Shown piece by piece: positions 29,564 through 40,738 of a stretch of 64,000 nt of DNA (position 1 is the stretch's first letter; each line of letters opens with the position of its first letter). The notes under the pieces were generated by a model. It made no database searches and had not been told where the DNA came from. It saw only the letters and a list, made by a program, of their open reading frames with translations. The DNA is from Candidatus Poribacteria bacterium (GTDB taxonomy: Bacteria > Poribacteria > WGA-4E > PCPOR2b). A program made the translations under genes and the position numbers. The stretch spans positions 1,152,001 to 1,216,000 of the forward strand of contig OZ244587.1 of NCBI GenBank assembly GCA_965218095.1. The letters run 5' to 3'.

Positions 29564-30592
29564 CTACGAATCCAGGCGGCTCCAATCAAAAACCGCCGAG
29601 AGATACTCATCCTTCTTTGAAGTCAGGCCCGTGTAGATTTCCTGACAGTCCGTCGGCGAAGCGAGATGGGTAAGCAGGGGTTCGACGATAATACGGTCTT
29701 CAACGATCCAGTTCACAAGTTGCCGGTAGTTTTCCACGATGTTGTGGCGACACCGATCCACTTCGTGGGGTGGCCACCGCCATTCCAGCGAACCAATCAT
29801 TCGGATGGCTTCGAGGTGGATTCTCAACAGCATAGGGGTCGCGTCGAAGACCGCCTTCGCCCGAGGGCTGCCGAGCAGAATCGTTTCACCGTAACCGCGC
29901 GTGAGCATGACCGCCTCTGCAACCAGTTCACTGACGCCAATCGCCTCCACTGCGATGTGAACGCCTTTGCCGCCGGTCCAGTCCATGACGTACTCTTTCA
30001 GGTCAGTCTCATTCGGATTCACTACCCGCTTTATGCCGCATTGTTTCGCTTTTTCAATCCGAATCGGGCTAAGTTCTGAAGCGAGAACATCAGCGCCTGC
30101 CAGTTGAAATAATTGGGCGGCGAAGTTCCCTACCAAACCAAGCCCAATCACCAAAACAGTATCGCCAGGTTGAACTGAGGAGGATCTGACCGCGCTGATA
30201 CTCACTCCTGCCATTCGGGCAAAAACGATTTTCTCCCCAGGCGCGTCCTTCGGCGTCGGCAACGCACATTGGACGGCGTCCGCTTTGACCAGGGAGGCGT
30301 GATTGGAGAAACTCAACACCCGGTCTCCGGGCTTGCACATGGTTACATCCGACCCGATGTCGAGTACTTCGCCCAGGTGACCATACCCGGTGTTCGTGGG
30401 ATACGGATGGCGCTCCTTTCTGAACGGCATCTCCACCACCAGCCCGGTGAATCCGGCACCCTCGGTCCCTGCACTGACGATGGAGTATTCCGCCCGCACC
30501 AGTGCCTGGTTTGGCGCCAGTTTGCCATCAATCTCGCGTTCAAACAATTCAGCCTTATTCATTTCGGTAAAAACAATCTGATACGTTTTCAA
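29564..30592 (-). CDS. MDR / zinc-binding alcohol dehydrogenase family
   Basis: SAGTE, GY, IGLGLVG, VEAIG. Confidence 0.9.
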   Translation of the reverse strand: MKTYQIVFTEMNKAELFEREIDGKLAPNQALVRAEYSIVSAGTEGAGFTGLVVEMPFRKERHPYPTNTGYGHLGEVLDIGSDVTMCKPGDRVLSFSNHASLVKADAVQCALPTPKDAPGEKIVFARMAGVSISAVRSSSVQPGDTVLVIGLGLVGNFAAQLFQLAGADVLASELSPIRIEKAKQCGIKRVVNPNETDLKEYVMDWTGGKGVHIAVEAIGVSELVAEAVMLTRGYGETILLGSPRAKAVFDATPMLLRIHLEAIRMIGSLEWRWPPHEVDRCRHNIVENYRQLVNWIVEDRIIVEPLLTHLASPTDCQEIYTGLTSKKDEYLSAVFDWSRLDS

Positions 30593-30682
30593 TGGTTTCT
30601 CCTATATAATTCCCTAGTGACTTTCTTCCAAATCACGATTGATCTGAATTTGGAAAATCACAAATGATTCGCAGGGTTTTAC

Positions 30683-31465
30683 TCACGCCGGCCCATATTG
30701 CCCCATATATCCGGTACGGGCACCGAGGATTTCCTTGAGCTCACCTTCGCTTGCGTCAATGACTTCCTGCGCCGGACTGCATCCGGGCCAGCACTGCATC
30801 CAGGGCGGAGTGAAACCGTAGAACATGGTATAACGAGTTCGCTCGGAGAGGATCGGCACGCCGGTATGAATCAACGCCTCTGTGAAGTGCATCACCGATC
30901 CGGCCTTTGCCTCAACCTGAACCACCATCGCCGGATCGAAGATCTCCCGCCAGTCCTTTGCCTCCATTCGATGTGAGGCATTGAGGATCATTGTCCCGCC
31001 ATCTTGGGGGCTGACGTCCGTCAAGTAGGTAGCGTTATTGAGAAACGTCGTGTTGATGTAGGGATGGTTGTTCGCCGGCACGATACCGTATTTCGGTCGA
31101 ATGCCGCGATGCCAGCCCATTTTGGCCCGATCGCGCAGTTCATCGCGCTTTGTTTTCCGGTCCGGGTGTGGGAGTTTGATCATTGCATGGCAGCATTCAA
31201 AACGTGGCGGCGTTCCCAAAAGCTGTTTCAGGACCGGCAGAATCTTCGGGGACATCATCCAGTCCCGAAAAATCTGGTCGTAATTCACCATATTGTCGAT
31301 GTTCTTGATGTCCCCAGTATCCTTATGAACCATAGTCGAGACCTTGCTTTCATAGAGCCGGTCCAGGGCGTCCTTGAACGCTTCGATTTCTTCAAGACTG
31401 AAGACGTTCTCCTGAAGAACCCAGCCATGAACAGCGAAATGATGGAGTTGCGCGTTAGTCAGCAT
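30683..31465 (-). CDS. Phytanoyl-CoA dioxygenase (PhyH) family
   Basis: GWHRG, YLTDV..DGGT..ASH, EALIH. Confidence 0.85.
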   Translation of the reverse strand: MLTNAQLHHFAVHGWVLQENVFSLEEIEAFKDALDRLYESKVSTMVHKDTGDIKNIDNMVNYDQIFRDWMMSPKILPVLKQLLGTPPRFECCHAMIKLPHPDRKTKRDELRDRAKMGWHRGIRPKYGIVPANNHPYINTTFLNNATYLTDVSPQDGGTMILNASHRMEAKDWREIFDPAMVVQVEAKAGSVMHFTEALIHTGVPILSERTRYTMFYGFTPPWMQCWPGCSPAQEVIDASEGELKEILGARTGYMGQYGPA

Positions 31466-31584
31466 AGCTAACTCCTGTTGATGGTTGATAGTTATTGGTT
31501 ATCGTTCTCGATACAAGGCAAGGGGGAATAGCTTAAATCTTGCCCCATAGGGATCAACTTAACGGATCTAGCACACCTCTACAC

Positions 31585-31698
31585 CCGCCGACGAATCAGC
31601 GAGCTACCAAGCGGCGTCCGATGAATCGGACTTTCGAGGGCCTAAGAGCCTGATTTATCGGGCGCGGTTCTTTAGTGCGGTGACTTCATCACCGCGCT
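31585..31698. repeat. Cluster of short REP-like palindromes
   Basis: gtccgatgaatcggac, cctgatttatcggg, gcggtgacttcatcaccgc; related cccgatttatcggg at ~21189 and ~47395. Confidence 0.5.
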
Positions 31699-31721
31699 TA
31701 ACTTAATCCGTATGAAATGGC

Positions 31722-32483
31722 TTAAATCTTCCCCTCTTTTGTCCACTGCTCCATCAGTTCCTTCCTGTACGCCGCCTGACGTTCTTTATTCTCCCTAGCG
31801 CGTTGGGCAAAGTAGACAAACCCTAACGCCCGCCGCGGTCGCTCGCTAGGATTTGCATCCGCCCGGTGAATCGTCATACAGTGATGCGCGATCAGATCTC
31901 CCGGCACCGCATGAATCGGCGCCTCCGCCGCGTAATCCGCCTCACCATAGTCTGTAACCCCCTGGGAAAACCCCAGCACGGCTGTCTGGCGGTGTGGCCG
32001 CATACCCCACCGGTGGGAGCCTCGCACATAACACACGCAGCCGTTCTCGTCATTCACTGTATCCAGAGCCAACCACAAAGTTAGCGCCTCATTCGGCTCG
32101 AGCATGAAGTAGAATCCATCCTGATGGGGCGGCGTCTCCACCCCGATTCGGGCCGGCTTGGTGAACCACTGCATGTTCTTAGTCACAACCCCATCGTCCA
32201 GCAGCAATTCCGCCAGTTTGACGAAGCGGTCGCTGGAATAGAGTTCCTTAAAATGGTTATCGTAATCAGCCATGGCTTGCAGCCGCATGATAGTTTCGGG
32301 CTGACCTTTGACTTCGTAAAAAGCGGCATCAGACGGTAATTGCGGCAGTAACTCCGTTATGTACCAGTCAATATGCGTGTTCAACGCCTCTACCTCTGCA
32401 GGGGCGTAAAAGCTTCGAATGACCACATACCCATCGCGGTCAAAGGCTTCCTTGAGTTGCTGTGAATTATTCTGCCAATCCAT
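31722..32483 (-). CDS. PhyH-family dioxygenase
   Basis: TPPHQD, WLALD..ENGC..GSH, HCMTIH. Confidence 0.9.
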   Translation of the reverse strand: MDWQNNSQQLKEAFDRDGYVVIRSFYAPAEVEALNTHIDWYITELLPQLPSDAAFYEVKGQPETIMRLQAMADYDNHFKELYSSDRFVKLAELLLDDGVVTKNMQWFTKPARIGVETPPHQDGFYFMLEPNEALTLWLALDTVNDENGCVCYVRGSHRWGMRPHRQTAVLGFSQGVTDYGEADYAAEAPIHAVPGDLIAHHCMTIHRADANPSERPRRALGFVYFAQRARENKERQAAYRKELMEQWTKEGKI

Positions 32484-32600
32484 CTGAACTCCTTTCCGTT
32501 AGGGCGCAGCTATGTTATCCAAATGGGGATGAATCATCCACAGAAAGAAAGGAATTTAACTCCTTCCATTCCTTCTATCTCCTCCGTGTGTTGTGGTGCA

Positions 32601-33707
32601 TTATTCTTCCACCCTCAACTTTACCCAACGAGTGTGGGTAACTCCCTCCACAGTACACCAGAAATAGGTCATCAGATCGCTGTCCGGCAAGAGCACCCCG
32701 CCAGGCTTGCCAAAAGCGATTTGCATGTGTTCTGCCAGGAAATTCTCGTTTTCAGGTTCCCCCAAGCTAACTTCCTTGCCTGCATCGAAAACCACAATTT
32801 CATTCTCCACATCAAAATGCTCCAAATCTTCGGTCAAAGCTACATGGATGCCCTGAGGCTCATGTCGGAAATTGTATATTGCCGCCAACCGACCGTCGGG
32901 CAAAGAGATAGGAGTGCAAACCTGACCACGCAGATTCGTTGGCCGGGGTTCAGACCAAGTACGTCCCTGGTCTTCTGAGATGACCCAATGATTCGTCAAG
33001 TCCTCGGAGGCACCGTACTGATGGGTCCATATCATGGTATAGATCCTGCTATCCGGCAAGACCGTACACATCTGATCCCACCAGAGTAGTGCGCCCGTGG
33101 GGTCATCTGCAACTACAGTGAACTCTCCCCAAGTCTGCGCCTGGTCCGCGGAGAATACCACCGCCGCTTTCTGATCGGGGGGACCTTCATAGCCTTCCGG
33201 TTTCCACGTTTCCAGGGGGTACATCCACCGATCTGGCGCCAGTTGCAACAGGACGCCAGCCCCATTCCAAGTGTACTTCTCGGGCGGCAGATCCACCGGC
33301 ACAACCTGTGGCGCCGACCAAGTCTTCCCTCCATCCCCTGACCAGAACAGCAGCATCTCCGGACGCTGCAGGGCTTCCGATTCCGAATCAAAGAGCTTTT
33401 CACTGCTGGTCTCAAAGCGGGTTGCAGTCATCACCAAGCGCCCGTCCGGCGCCTCGTTTATCTTCGGTCCCCGGTAGGACCATCCGTCCGTCGGCGCGCC
33501 TCTACCATGAATACTGCCTTCATTAATCCACGTCACGCCCCCATCCATTGAGCGGAGCACCTCAATATGATTATCCGGCGTGCCTAAGCCCTGCCCCACA
33601 TGCTGGCAGGCAATGAAACTCCCATCTGCGAAGGGCGTGATCACAGGCATATAGGCACCCCGTCCTTTTTGGTGGGAAAGGATACCGCTATCAACAATTT
33701 TCAACAT
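32601..33707 (-). CDS. Sialidase/BNR-repeat protein
   Basis: Asp-boxes SMDGGVTW, SGDGGKTW, SADQAQTW, SEDQGRTW. Confidence 0.85.
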   Translation of the reverse strand: MLKIVDSGILSHQKGRGAYMPVITPFADGSFIACQHVGQGLGTPDNHIEVLRSMDGGVTWINEGSIHGRGAPTDGWSYRGPKINEAPDGRLVMTATRFETSSEKLFDSESEALQRPEMLLFWSGDGGKTWSAPQVVPVDLPPEKYTWNGAGVLLQLAPDRWMYPLETWKPEGYEGPPDQKAAVVFSADQAQTWGEFTVVADDPTGALLWWDQMCTVLPDSRIYTMIWTHQYGASEDLTNHWVISEDQGRTWSEPRPTNLRGQVCTPISLPDGRLAAIYNFRHEPQGIHVALTEDLEHFDVENEIVVFDAGKEVSLGEPENENFLAEHMQIAFGKPGGVLLPDSDLMTYFWCTVEGVTHTRWVKLRVEE

Positions 33708-34343
33708 CTCTTATCTACCCCTTTCAAAATCAATACCCGACTCCTTTTTCAGGCACAAGCTTTTCGGTTAGCATAGTAGAGCGAGCGGATCGCTTGTTCC
33801 GCCTGAGAGTAAATCGCCAAAATAAGCTGGCAGTATACTCTACCATCCCACTTTCAACTCAAGTAAGTACCTGGATTTCGTCCAAAGAAGTGGAGGTTCC
33901 ATTGATCTGCCGAGGGCTAATCAGCCCAGTGGTAGTGCGGTGCAAAATGGTCAAAAGATGGATCCTATGGTTAGTTTTGGTATCTCAGGAAGCCTTTCTA
34001 TCACGTCGTTCATTTTTGCGGGTGGTTCAAAGCGTGGCTATATGGCGCCTTGGAGGCCGCCCTGCTGATGGGGGAAGACGCCCCACCGGCACAAACTGTT
34101 GAGTTAATCGGGTTAAGCCTCCAAACCCTAAAATCGCGTGGGATAAAGCGTTTCCTGCGCCAAATTCTCTTTTTGTCTGTCAGGTCGTGTTTTGCGGGAA
34201 AAGGGTCATAGGGATTGCACTGACCCCTTTATATCCCTTGATAGATCGCATCACAACTGCGTTACAAGTCTTGCTAAAGCCGTATAACATCCGGGTGATA
34301 TTGAACGAAATCTAGGTAACTAATCAGATCTTTTCAAGATTTC

Positions 34344-35207
34344 TCAATCAACCGAAATACGATAGGAGTTGCGGTCGATAATCTCATGGTCTGATGAGCG
34401 AGCCTTCTTGAGCGCATGATCGGTAACCGGCAAATAGTAATGTGTCTCAGCGTTTAGTGAGATAAAGCCTTCTGCATACGCGCAGCCTCCCGCAATGCCA
34501 AACGCCCCATCGCTAGTTTCGATTCGCTTGCGGGCATAGGCACCACCGTATCCCTGACTCACCAGATAATCCAGAGCCGCCAGCTTTTTATCTGCCACAT
34601 CCGTGATGTCAATGAATACATCGTTATAGTAGCCGCCCTCGGACTGCCATACGTTTCGCGGCACGCTCGCTGCACCCGTGCCGAAGAAAAAGACCTGCAC
34701 GGTCTTGTGAGGCGGGTTCCGATCTCCCGGATCAACACCGCCTGCAAACGAGATCGCGTGCATTACAATCTGCCCGGCAATTGCGTGCGGGTTTGTGAGC
34801 CCATCGCTCTCCTTGGGAAAATGAGTCAGGATGATGTCTGGACGCAACTCACGCAATAATCGCGCAAGGCGTTTTACCGTGTCTTCTGTAACGAGGAGTA
34901 CCGCGTCATCTGCGCCGAAAAAGTAGATGTCTTCGATCCCCAAGATCTTGCAAGCCGCACGGACTTCATCCGTCTTGACATCCGAACGTTCCTGCATAAG
35001 TGCTAGCAGTTCAGAACCGTCCGGAACTTCTTTACGATGAAACATCGAGTCACTGATCACGGTATCATGTACCCGAGCCCCGTGGGTCAAGACAACACAG
35101 CCGACATAATCCCCCCGGCTGGTGTGGTGGGCCATGGCACCCCCGGACTGGTCAAAAATATCAGCCGGGTGCGCTCCGATTGAGAGTAGGCGTAAGGATT
35201 CAGCCAT
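34344..35207 (-). CDS. PIG-L family deacetylase
   Basis: GAHPAD, RPDIILTH, NPH, YAEGF. Confidence 0.85.
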   Translation of the reverse strand: MAESLRLLSIGAHPADIFDQSGGAMAHHTSRGDYVGCVVLTHGARVHDTVISDSMFHRKEVPDGSELLALMQERSDVKTDEVRAACKILGIEDIYFFGADDAVLLVTEDTVKRLARLLRELRPDIILTHFPKESDGLTNPHAIAGQIVMHAISFAGGVDPGDRNPPHKTVQVFFFGTGAASVPRNVWQSEGGYYNDVFIDITDVADKKLAALDYLVSQGYGGAYARKRIETSDGAFGIAGGCAYAEGFISLNAETHYYLPVTDHALKKARSSDHEIIDRNSYRISVD

Positions 35208-35249
35208 TTTTTATGTCTCCTTTCCGATGTATTGATTCCTGGCTCTATT

Positions 35250-36488
35250 TCATAATCTCTCCAGCACCATCCCTTCCCGCTCAATCCGCGCGAACATTTC
35301 CCGGTACGCCGGCGTTCCGTCGTCGTCCCAGTATTCGGTGGAGATGGGTGCGTCATAGCTCATCGGGATAAGACGACTCCGATCCGGCCGCACCATAAAC
35401 AGGGAATTCTTGGGATCTGCGATATTGTACATCTTCGTCCCGTTTTTGAACTGGGACTTGATGATCCACTTTTTCTGTTCGGGCAACTTCAGTTTCTCCA
35501 GGCGCTCTAGTTCGTCGCGGTCAAGCGTGACCCCCAGGCCCGGTTTTTCCGGTACGCGCAAAAAGCCGTTAATTGGCTCCAGTCGCTCCTTCACGACATC
35601 ACTCTTCCACGTTTCAGTGTCGGCGAAGAAGTGGAAGGTCGCCGTGGGAAACGCAGCCATCATGTGTGTCGTCATGGCGCGGGTGATGTTCCCGCCGACG
35701 TTCTGGAGCATGAAAGGACTATTGTTCGCGGCAAAGAGTCCAGCGCGGCGAATAGCGTCCCCGATTCTGGCATGTCCCAGCATGTACGCATCGGCTGGCT
35801 TCATCAACACTTCGTAGGTCGCGCCCATAGGAAAATGGTGGAGGACAACGGGCAACCGACAACGCTTGCGCAACTCGATATACCCCTGAATATCCTCCCC
35901 TGGAAGGGGGTCCTCAAAGCAGCCAGCGATAGGGTATTGAGCCAGTTTGTCGAGCAACGTGAACATATGATCGTCGGTACCGTGCATGGTGAAGTCGTAG
36001 TGGATCTTGAACCCTTCTGGCGTCACCGCCTGCATTGCCTCGGTCTGATCGATGATGTTCTCAAAGGGGGAGAGGTGAAATTTCAGCCATGTGTACCCCT
36101 GTGCCGCATACTGCTCAACCGTCTCAGCCATGCGTCGAGGATGCGTGGAGACCGTCCAACTCCCCACCGGTACCCAGGAGCGATACTTCTGTCCAAACAA
36201 CTTGTAGGCCGGCACACCCGCAAACTTTCCCATTAAGTCGTACATCGCCGTTCCCAGCCCCAAGGATGTCTCGTCCCCTATCCAGTCGAAGGGATTGGTC
36301 CCGATGTACTGGTCAATGACCTCCTCTGGTTCTGTCGAGCCTCCCTCTCCTAGTCCTACCAGTCCGTCCTCCGTGTGAACAACGTACACGCTGCGCCCTA
36401 CGGGGCCGTAGAAGTGATTGAGTTGGTAGGCGATCCAGTCCTCGTATTCAAGGGTGATTCCGTGGACTTCGATCTCGGTGATTTTCAT
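35250..36488 (-). CDS. Mandelate racemase/enolase superfamily enzyme
   Basis: GLGE, AMYDLMGK, WLKFH, FEDP, PEKPGLG; paralogous to 18301-19590. Confidence 0.88.
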   Translation of the reverse strand: MKITEIEVHGITLEYEDWIAYQLNHFYGPVGRSVYVVHTEDGLVGLGEGGSTEPEEVIDQYIGTNPFDWIGDETSLGLGTAMYDLMGKFAGVPAYKLFGQKYRSWVPVGSWTVSTHPRRMAETVEQYAAQGYTWLKFHLSPFENIIDQTEAMQAVTPEGFKIHYDFTMHGTDDHMFTLLDKLAQYPIAGCFEDPLPGEDIQGYIELRKRCRLPVVLHHFPMGATYEVLMKPADAYMLGHARIGDAIRRAGLFAANNSPFMLQNVGGNITRAMTTHMMAAFPTATFHFFADTETWKSDVVKERLEPINGFLRVPEKPGLGVTLDRDELERLEKLKLPEQKKWIIKSQFKNGTKMYNIADPKNSLFMVRPDRSRLIPMSYDAPISTEYWDDDGTPAYREMFARIEREGMVLERL

Positions 36489-36615
36489 GGCACCCCTCCA
36501 TTTGGGTTTTTCATCTCATGTTTTTTTCTTGATGATTTAGCGATTCTTAAATGCGTATAGGGTAGGGCAGTGGATTCTCCAGAAACTCTATATGGACTTA
36601 CGCCGACGATACTTT

Positions 36616-37257
36616 TCATGATGCTCCACCCGCCCACAACGCCAGCAATTTCTGGGAAGATATCACGTCGAGGCCTATGGCGCGAAATTGCCGCAGCGCA
36701 GCCTCATGCCCACCGGGGCGAGGGGAACGGACACAGTCTTCAACGACCACCACGTAATAATCCTTATTCGTCGCATCCCAGGCGGTCGCCTCGACACACC
36801 AGTCCGTCGAACAGCCGACGAGAATGACGGTTTCCCGCTGAAGCGAACGGAGAAGCAGTTGAAAATCTGTCCCTTCAAACGCGCTGCCACGGTCCTTGGG
36901 TATGATGCAATCTTCGGGCTGAGGCTCCAAGCCGGGGTGCACCTGCATGCTTTCGTCGGCGGGGTCAAACCGGGAACTGAACTGTTCCGGGGCGTGACCG
37001 AGATTCATCAACACGCGGATATAAGCAGCCGAAATGTTCCGCAAACCGGGTCCGCGCGTGTTGTAGAAGAAAAAGACGGGCAGACCCGCAGACCTAGCTA
37101 CACATGTTAGATTCTTTACTTTATCAAAAATTACCCAATCGGCACCCTGTTCCCACATCCTCGTATTTTGGATATCGATAACCGCCAAGGCTGCACGCTC
37201 TGGAGCAACCACTTCGGCGAAAGTTTCACAAACGCGCTTTCCTACAATATTCAACAT
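36616..37257 (-). CDS. Isochorismatase/cysteine hydrolase
   Basis: VIDIQN, K..GSAF.GT, GCSTDWCV. Confidence 0.9.
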   Translation of the reverse strand: MLNIVGKRVCETFAEVVAPERAALAVIDIQNTRMWEQGADWVIFDKVKNLTCVARSAGLPVFFFYNTRGPGLRNISAAYIRVLMNLGHAPEQFSSRFDPADESMQVHPGLEPQPEDCIIPKDRGSAFEGTDFQLLLRSLQRETVILVGCSTDWCVEATAWDATNKDYYVVVVEDCVRSPRPGGHEAALRQFRAIGLDVISSQKLLALWAGGAS

Positions 37258-37892
37258 TTTCCGTTCCTCCCTGGGTCTTTGGCAGTAATGTCCGGTATAG
37301 TTTTTGCCTTTTCAAATGACTACCAATAGCCAAAGCATCTCGGTAAGCGGTTGCCATTGAGCCACGATGAAGACACACAACATGCCACAGCAGGTGTCGG
37401 TTTCTTCTGCGATTCCGGACCTCTCCTTGCCAAGCGTACACCATGGTAAGAAGACACCAAGTGAGTCAGCGTTTCCGGCTGGGGCTGATCAGGTGTGGCT
37501 ACTATCAACGTTTAACCGTTTGATGAGCTAGTTAAGGTTGGGTCGGTGTATCCCCTTCCTTTGGATTGATCGAAGCCTCTCCACCCACATCAGACAGCAA
37601 ATCCTTCCGCAGGTCGACTTCCTTGAATGGACCAAGGATGAGCCCATGCAGGTAATGAAGTGTGTGATGTGTGCGCATGATGAACCTCCGTAGATATAAT
37701 TGTGGCAAAAACTGTTGTTGGTGTCAAGGGAAAAATGTATAATCGTCTGTTGACGCTGTTCCTTAGCGCAGGAAGCGTACCAAGATCGATCGCCATGAAC
37801 CAACAATGGCGCAAACCCGCACCACGTCTAGCCAAACACAGTCAGGATGGAGAAAAAGAGAGGAAAGATGGGAAGGGTAAAGGGAGAGGGCA

Positions 37893-37932
37893 GCTTATCA
37901 AAGTGATAAGCGTTTTTATCACTTTGATAAGC
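37893..37932. promoter_or_regulatory. Tandem palindromic operator candidate (2 x TTATCA-N3-TGATAA)
   Basis: gcttatcaaagtgataa-gcgttt-ttatcactttgataagc in a divergent intergenic region. Confidence 0.5.
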
Positions 37933-38045
37933 GTTTCCTCCAGAGGAAGGCAATTTGGGATAGGGCGTGAATTTACTGAGATAAAAAATCTTGCTGTCAC
38001 CCCACAAAACTGCTATAATTCCACCATTCTTTACAGGAGGAGGCT

Positions 38046-38797
38046 ATGCTTGAGAATCTCAGTAGTGGTGTCGGAGGCTGGCGGGCGCGGCTTGGCCTCC
38101 TGACCTCCGACGATGGAATAAATGACGACGAATACTGGCAGTATTTGCCAGAAGGCGTCTCGCTGATTTTTACGCGCTACCGGACGGAGACGCGCTCCGA
38201 TCCTATTAGTCTCAGCATGGTAGATAGCTATGCCGATCTCAACTCCATTCTGGATGCGGCGGAGACTCTGCGCATCACCCGTCCCAAAGCTATTGTTTTC
38301 CTCTGTAATTCGGGCAACTTTGTACGTAGCGTGGGAGGCGATCTGGAAACCGCCGAAGCCATCCAGCGTGCAGTAAATATCCCGGCGACGACCATCAGCA
38401 CCGCCCAGGTCCAGGCGCTGCGGACGTTGGGAATGCATCGCGTGGCTGTGGCTGCCCTCTACCCGGCAGAGGTGACGCAGTTCCTTGTAAAATCCTCGAA
38501 GGGCACGGCTTCGACGTGACAGGCAGCCAGAGCGCGGGACTAGAAACCGAGTGGCAGATTGGCAACTCCCCACCCTCGGTGTGGTACAACCTCGCATGCG
38601 AGGTAGACTCGCCGGAAGCCGAGTGCGTGTTGCTAGCTTGCAGCGGCATCCGCACCGCGGCAATTATGGAACCCTTGGAAAGCGACCTGGGAAAACCGGT
38701 AGTGAGCGCGCCAGCGGTGAGCATCTGGGCGGGTTTACGTCTGGCTGGAGTGAAGGTGCCCGTATCTGGACGCGGTGTCCTGTTAGCGGACTATTGA
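38046..38797 (+). pseudogene. Maleate cis-trans isomerase / Asp-Glu racemase family, single frameshift
   Basis: FLCNSG and LACSG.R cysteine motifs in two frames; adding 1 nt at ~38493 gives FLVKFLEGHGFDV. Confidence 0.85.
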
Positions 38798-38912
38798 TTC
38801 AAATGAAGTTGCTATGTTCTTGTCGCTGTTCATTGACATTGACCTTTTTCCCACATCGTGATATGATTGACAAGCGAGAAGTCAAGGCGCGATTTCGGAT
38901 AGGGAGAATTTT

Positions 38913-40118
38913 ATGAAAACGGATAAGGTGAGATTGGCTATCATTGGTTGCGGTGGAATGGCAGGCGCACACCTGAACGCCTACGTTGGGCTCAAGCAAC
39001 AAGGCATTGACATCTTCGATTTTACAGCGATGTGCGACGTTGATTCGGATCGGGCGAATGCGTTTGCCGTCAAAGCTGCCGAAGCTCAAGAGGGAACACA
39101 TCCAAAAGTCTACACAGACATCAACGAAATGCTGGATGGGGAGGTATTAGACGCAGCTGACATCTGTGGTCCGCATTTTCTTCATCACACGCTTGCGATT
39201 GCCTGCTTCGAGGCAGGACTCGATGTCATTGTCGAAAAGCCACTTGCGGTGACAGTCCGTGCGGGAAGAAGGATGATCGAAAGTGCAGCAGCCCACAATC
39301 GTATCCTTGCCATTGCTGAACAGGTCCGTCGCTGGGTTAGCTCGCGCACGGTCGAATGGATGATTCACAAGGAGAAGTTGATTGGGCAGCCGCGTATGTT
39401 TTTCCGGCAGGGTATCGGCAGCCCCAACAAAGACCCAGAGAATCGCTTGCGCGATGACCCAATGGTATGGCGGAAAAACAAGCTCACCAGCGGAGGAAAC
39501 AGCATCATTGATAGTGGGGTACACTATGTAGATCTGCTGATCTATTTCTTCGGTGAACCTGATGAGATCTACGCCAGATCGGAAAATCTTAACCAATTCC
39601 AGTTCAAAGATGCAGATGGCAACTACGTTCCACAGACGGTTGAGGACACGGCGCTTGCAACGATTACATTTAAGAACGGGGTGAATGGTCAATGGACAAG
39701 CACCAGCGCCGCGCCGGGACATGGCACGAGTTACAATAGCTATCACGGAAGTCTCGGCTCGATCTACAGCAGTGGCAGCTATCCGCAATCTCCTGAGTTG
39801 CAACTGTGGGATGGGACCAAGCAAAATTCAGACACACTGCAAAGCGCTTACATGGAAAGCCTCAGCGAGTCGGAAAAACAGCGATTGTTCCCGTACGGCA
39901 TCACCGAAGGGGTAATGCTTGAAGTCTACGATTTTCTGGATGCGGTTCGCACACGTCGTCGCCCGGAACTCGACGGCACGGATGGGCTGAAAGCACAAGC
40001 CATCTGCAACGCAATCTACGAGTCAGGCTGGTGTGGACAGGCAGTGAAATTTGAAGATGTCTACAATGATAAAGTAACAGGTTATCAAGACGAGATCAAT
40101 CAACGGTGGGGGCTCTAA
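38913..40118 (+). CDS. Gfo/Idh/MocA oxidoreductase
   Basis: IGCGGMA, VEKP, DSGVHYVD. Confidence 0.92.
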   Translation: MKTDKVRLAIIGCGGMAGAHLNAYVGLKQQGIDIFDFTAMCDVDSDRANAFAVKAAEAQEGTHPKVYTDINEMLDGEVLDAADICGPHFLHHTLAIACFEAGLDVIVEKPLAVTVRAGRRMIESAAAHNRILAIAEQVRRWVSSRTVEWMIHKEKLIGQPRMFFRQGIGSPNKDPENRLRDDPMVWRKNKLTSGGNSIIDSGVHYVDLLIYFFGEPDEIYARSENLNQFQFKDADGNYVPQTVEDTALATITFKNGVNGQWTSTSAAPGHGTSYNSYHGSLGSIYSSGSYPQSPELQLWDGTKQNSDTLQSAYMESLSESEKQRLFPYGITEGVMLEVYDFLDAVRTRRRPELDGTDGLKAQAICNAIYESGWCGQAVKFEDVYNDKVTGYQDEINQRWGL

Positions 40119-40148
40119 AGCCTGAGATAAAATTAAAAGAGGAAGCGC

Positions 40149-40622
40149 ATGGACTGGAGATTTACACTCGGTGTTGGCGGCGCGGTTGTCCGCGATGGGG
40201 GGCTGTTGCTCGTTCACCACACCTACGGCGCGAAGAAATGGCAGATTCCGGGGGGATACGTCAAACCTGAGGAATGCGCGCATGAGGGGGTCGTGCGGGA
40301 GGTCTACGAAGAAACCCACATCCGCGCTGAAGTCGATGGGCTTCTTGGCGTGAGACACTGTGTGAAGGAAGGCGATAATTCCACCTACCTCATTTTCAAA
40401 ATGAAGCCACTTCAGTCCAGCGATCCAATCCCTGATGGACGCGAGGTCGATGCAGCGAAGTACTTCACGCTCAAAGAGATTGGAGCATTCTCGGCAGAAG
40501 AAATCCCGGCGCTTAATCAGTGGGTAGCGCGGTGTGTCCTCGGTGGCGCACCAAATATGCTGCTAGATCAAGGCGATCCGGATGGGCTCAAGCGCCCCTA
40601 TAACCTTTACATTTGTCCTTGA
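40149..40622 (+). CDS. NUDIX hydrolase
   Basis: PGGYVKPEE...VREVYEETH. Confidence 0.9.
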   Translation: MDWRFTLGVGGAVVRDGGLLLVHHTYGAKKWQIPGGYVKPEECAHEGVVREVYEETHIRAEVDGLLGVRHCVKEGDNSTYLIFKMKPLQSSDPIPDGREVDAAKYFTLKEIGAFSAEEIPALNQWVARCVLGGAPNMLLDQGDPDGLKRPYNLYICP

Positions 40623-40738
40623 ACGGTAACGCTTGTCCGAAAAGAAAATTAGGCGATCAGGAAATGGGTTCAGGACTTCAGAAGTTCAGGACTTCACTCG
40701 CGCATCACGTTTCACGTTTTACGCATCAGGAGATTTCC

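Noticed and set aside
37320-37680. Remnant reading LILGPFKEVDLRKDLLSDVGGEASINPKEGD
   Set aside because: Probably a decayed gene, but too fragmented to delimit
38480-38520. Programmed frameshift in the isomerase
   Set aside because: No slippery heptamer; a simple 1-nt loss explains it
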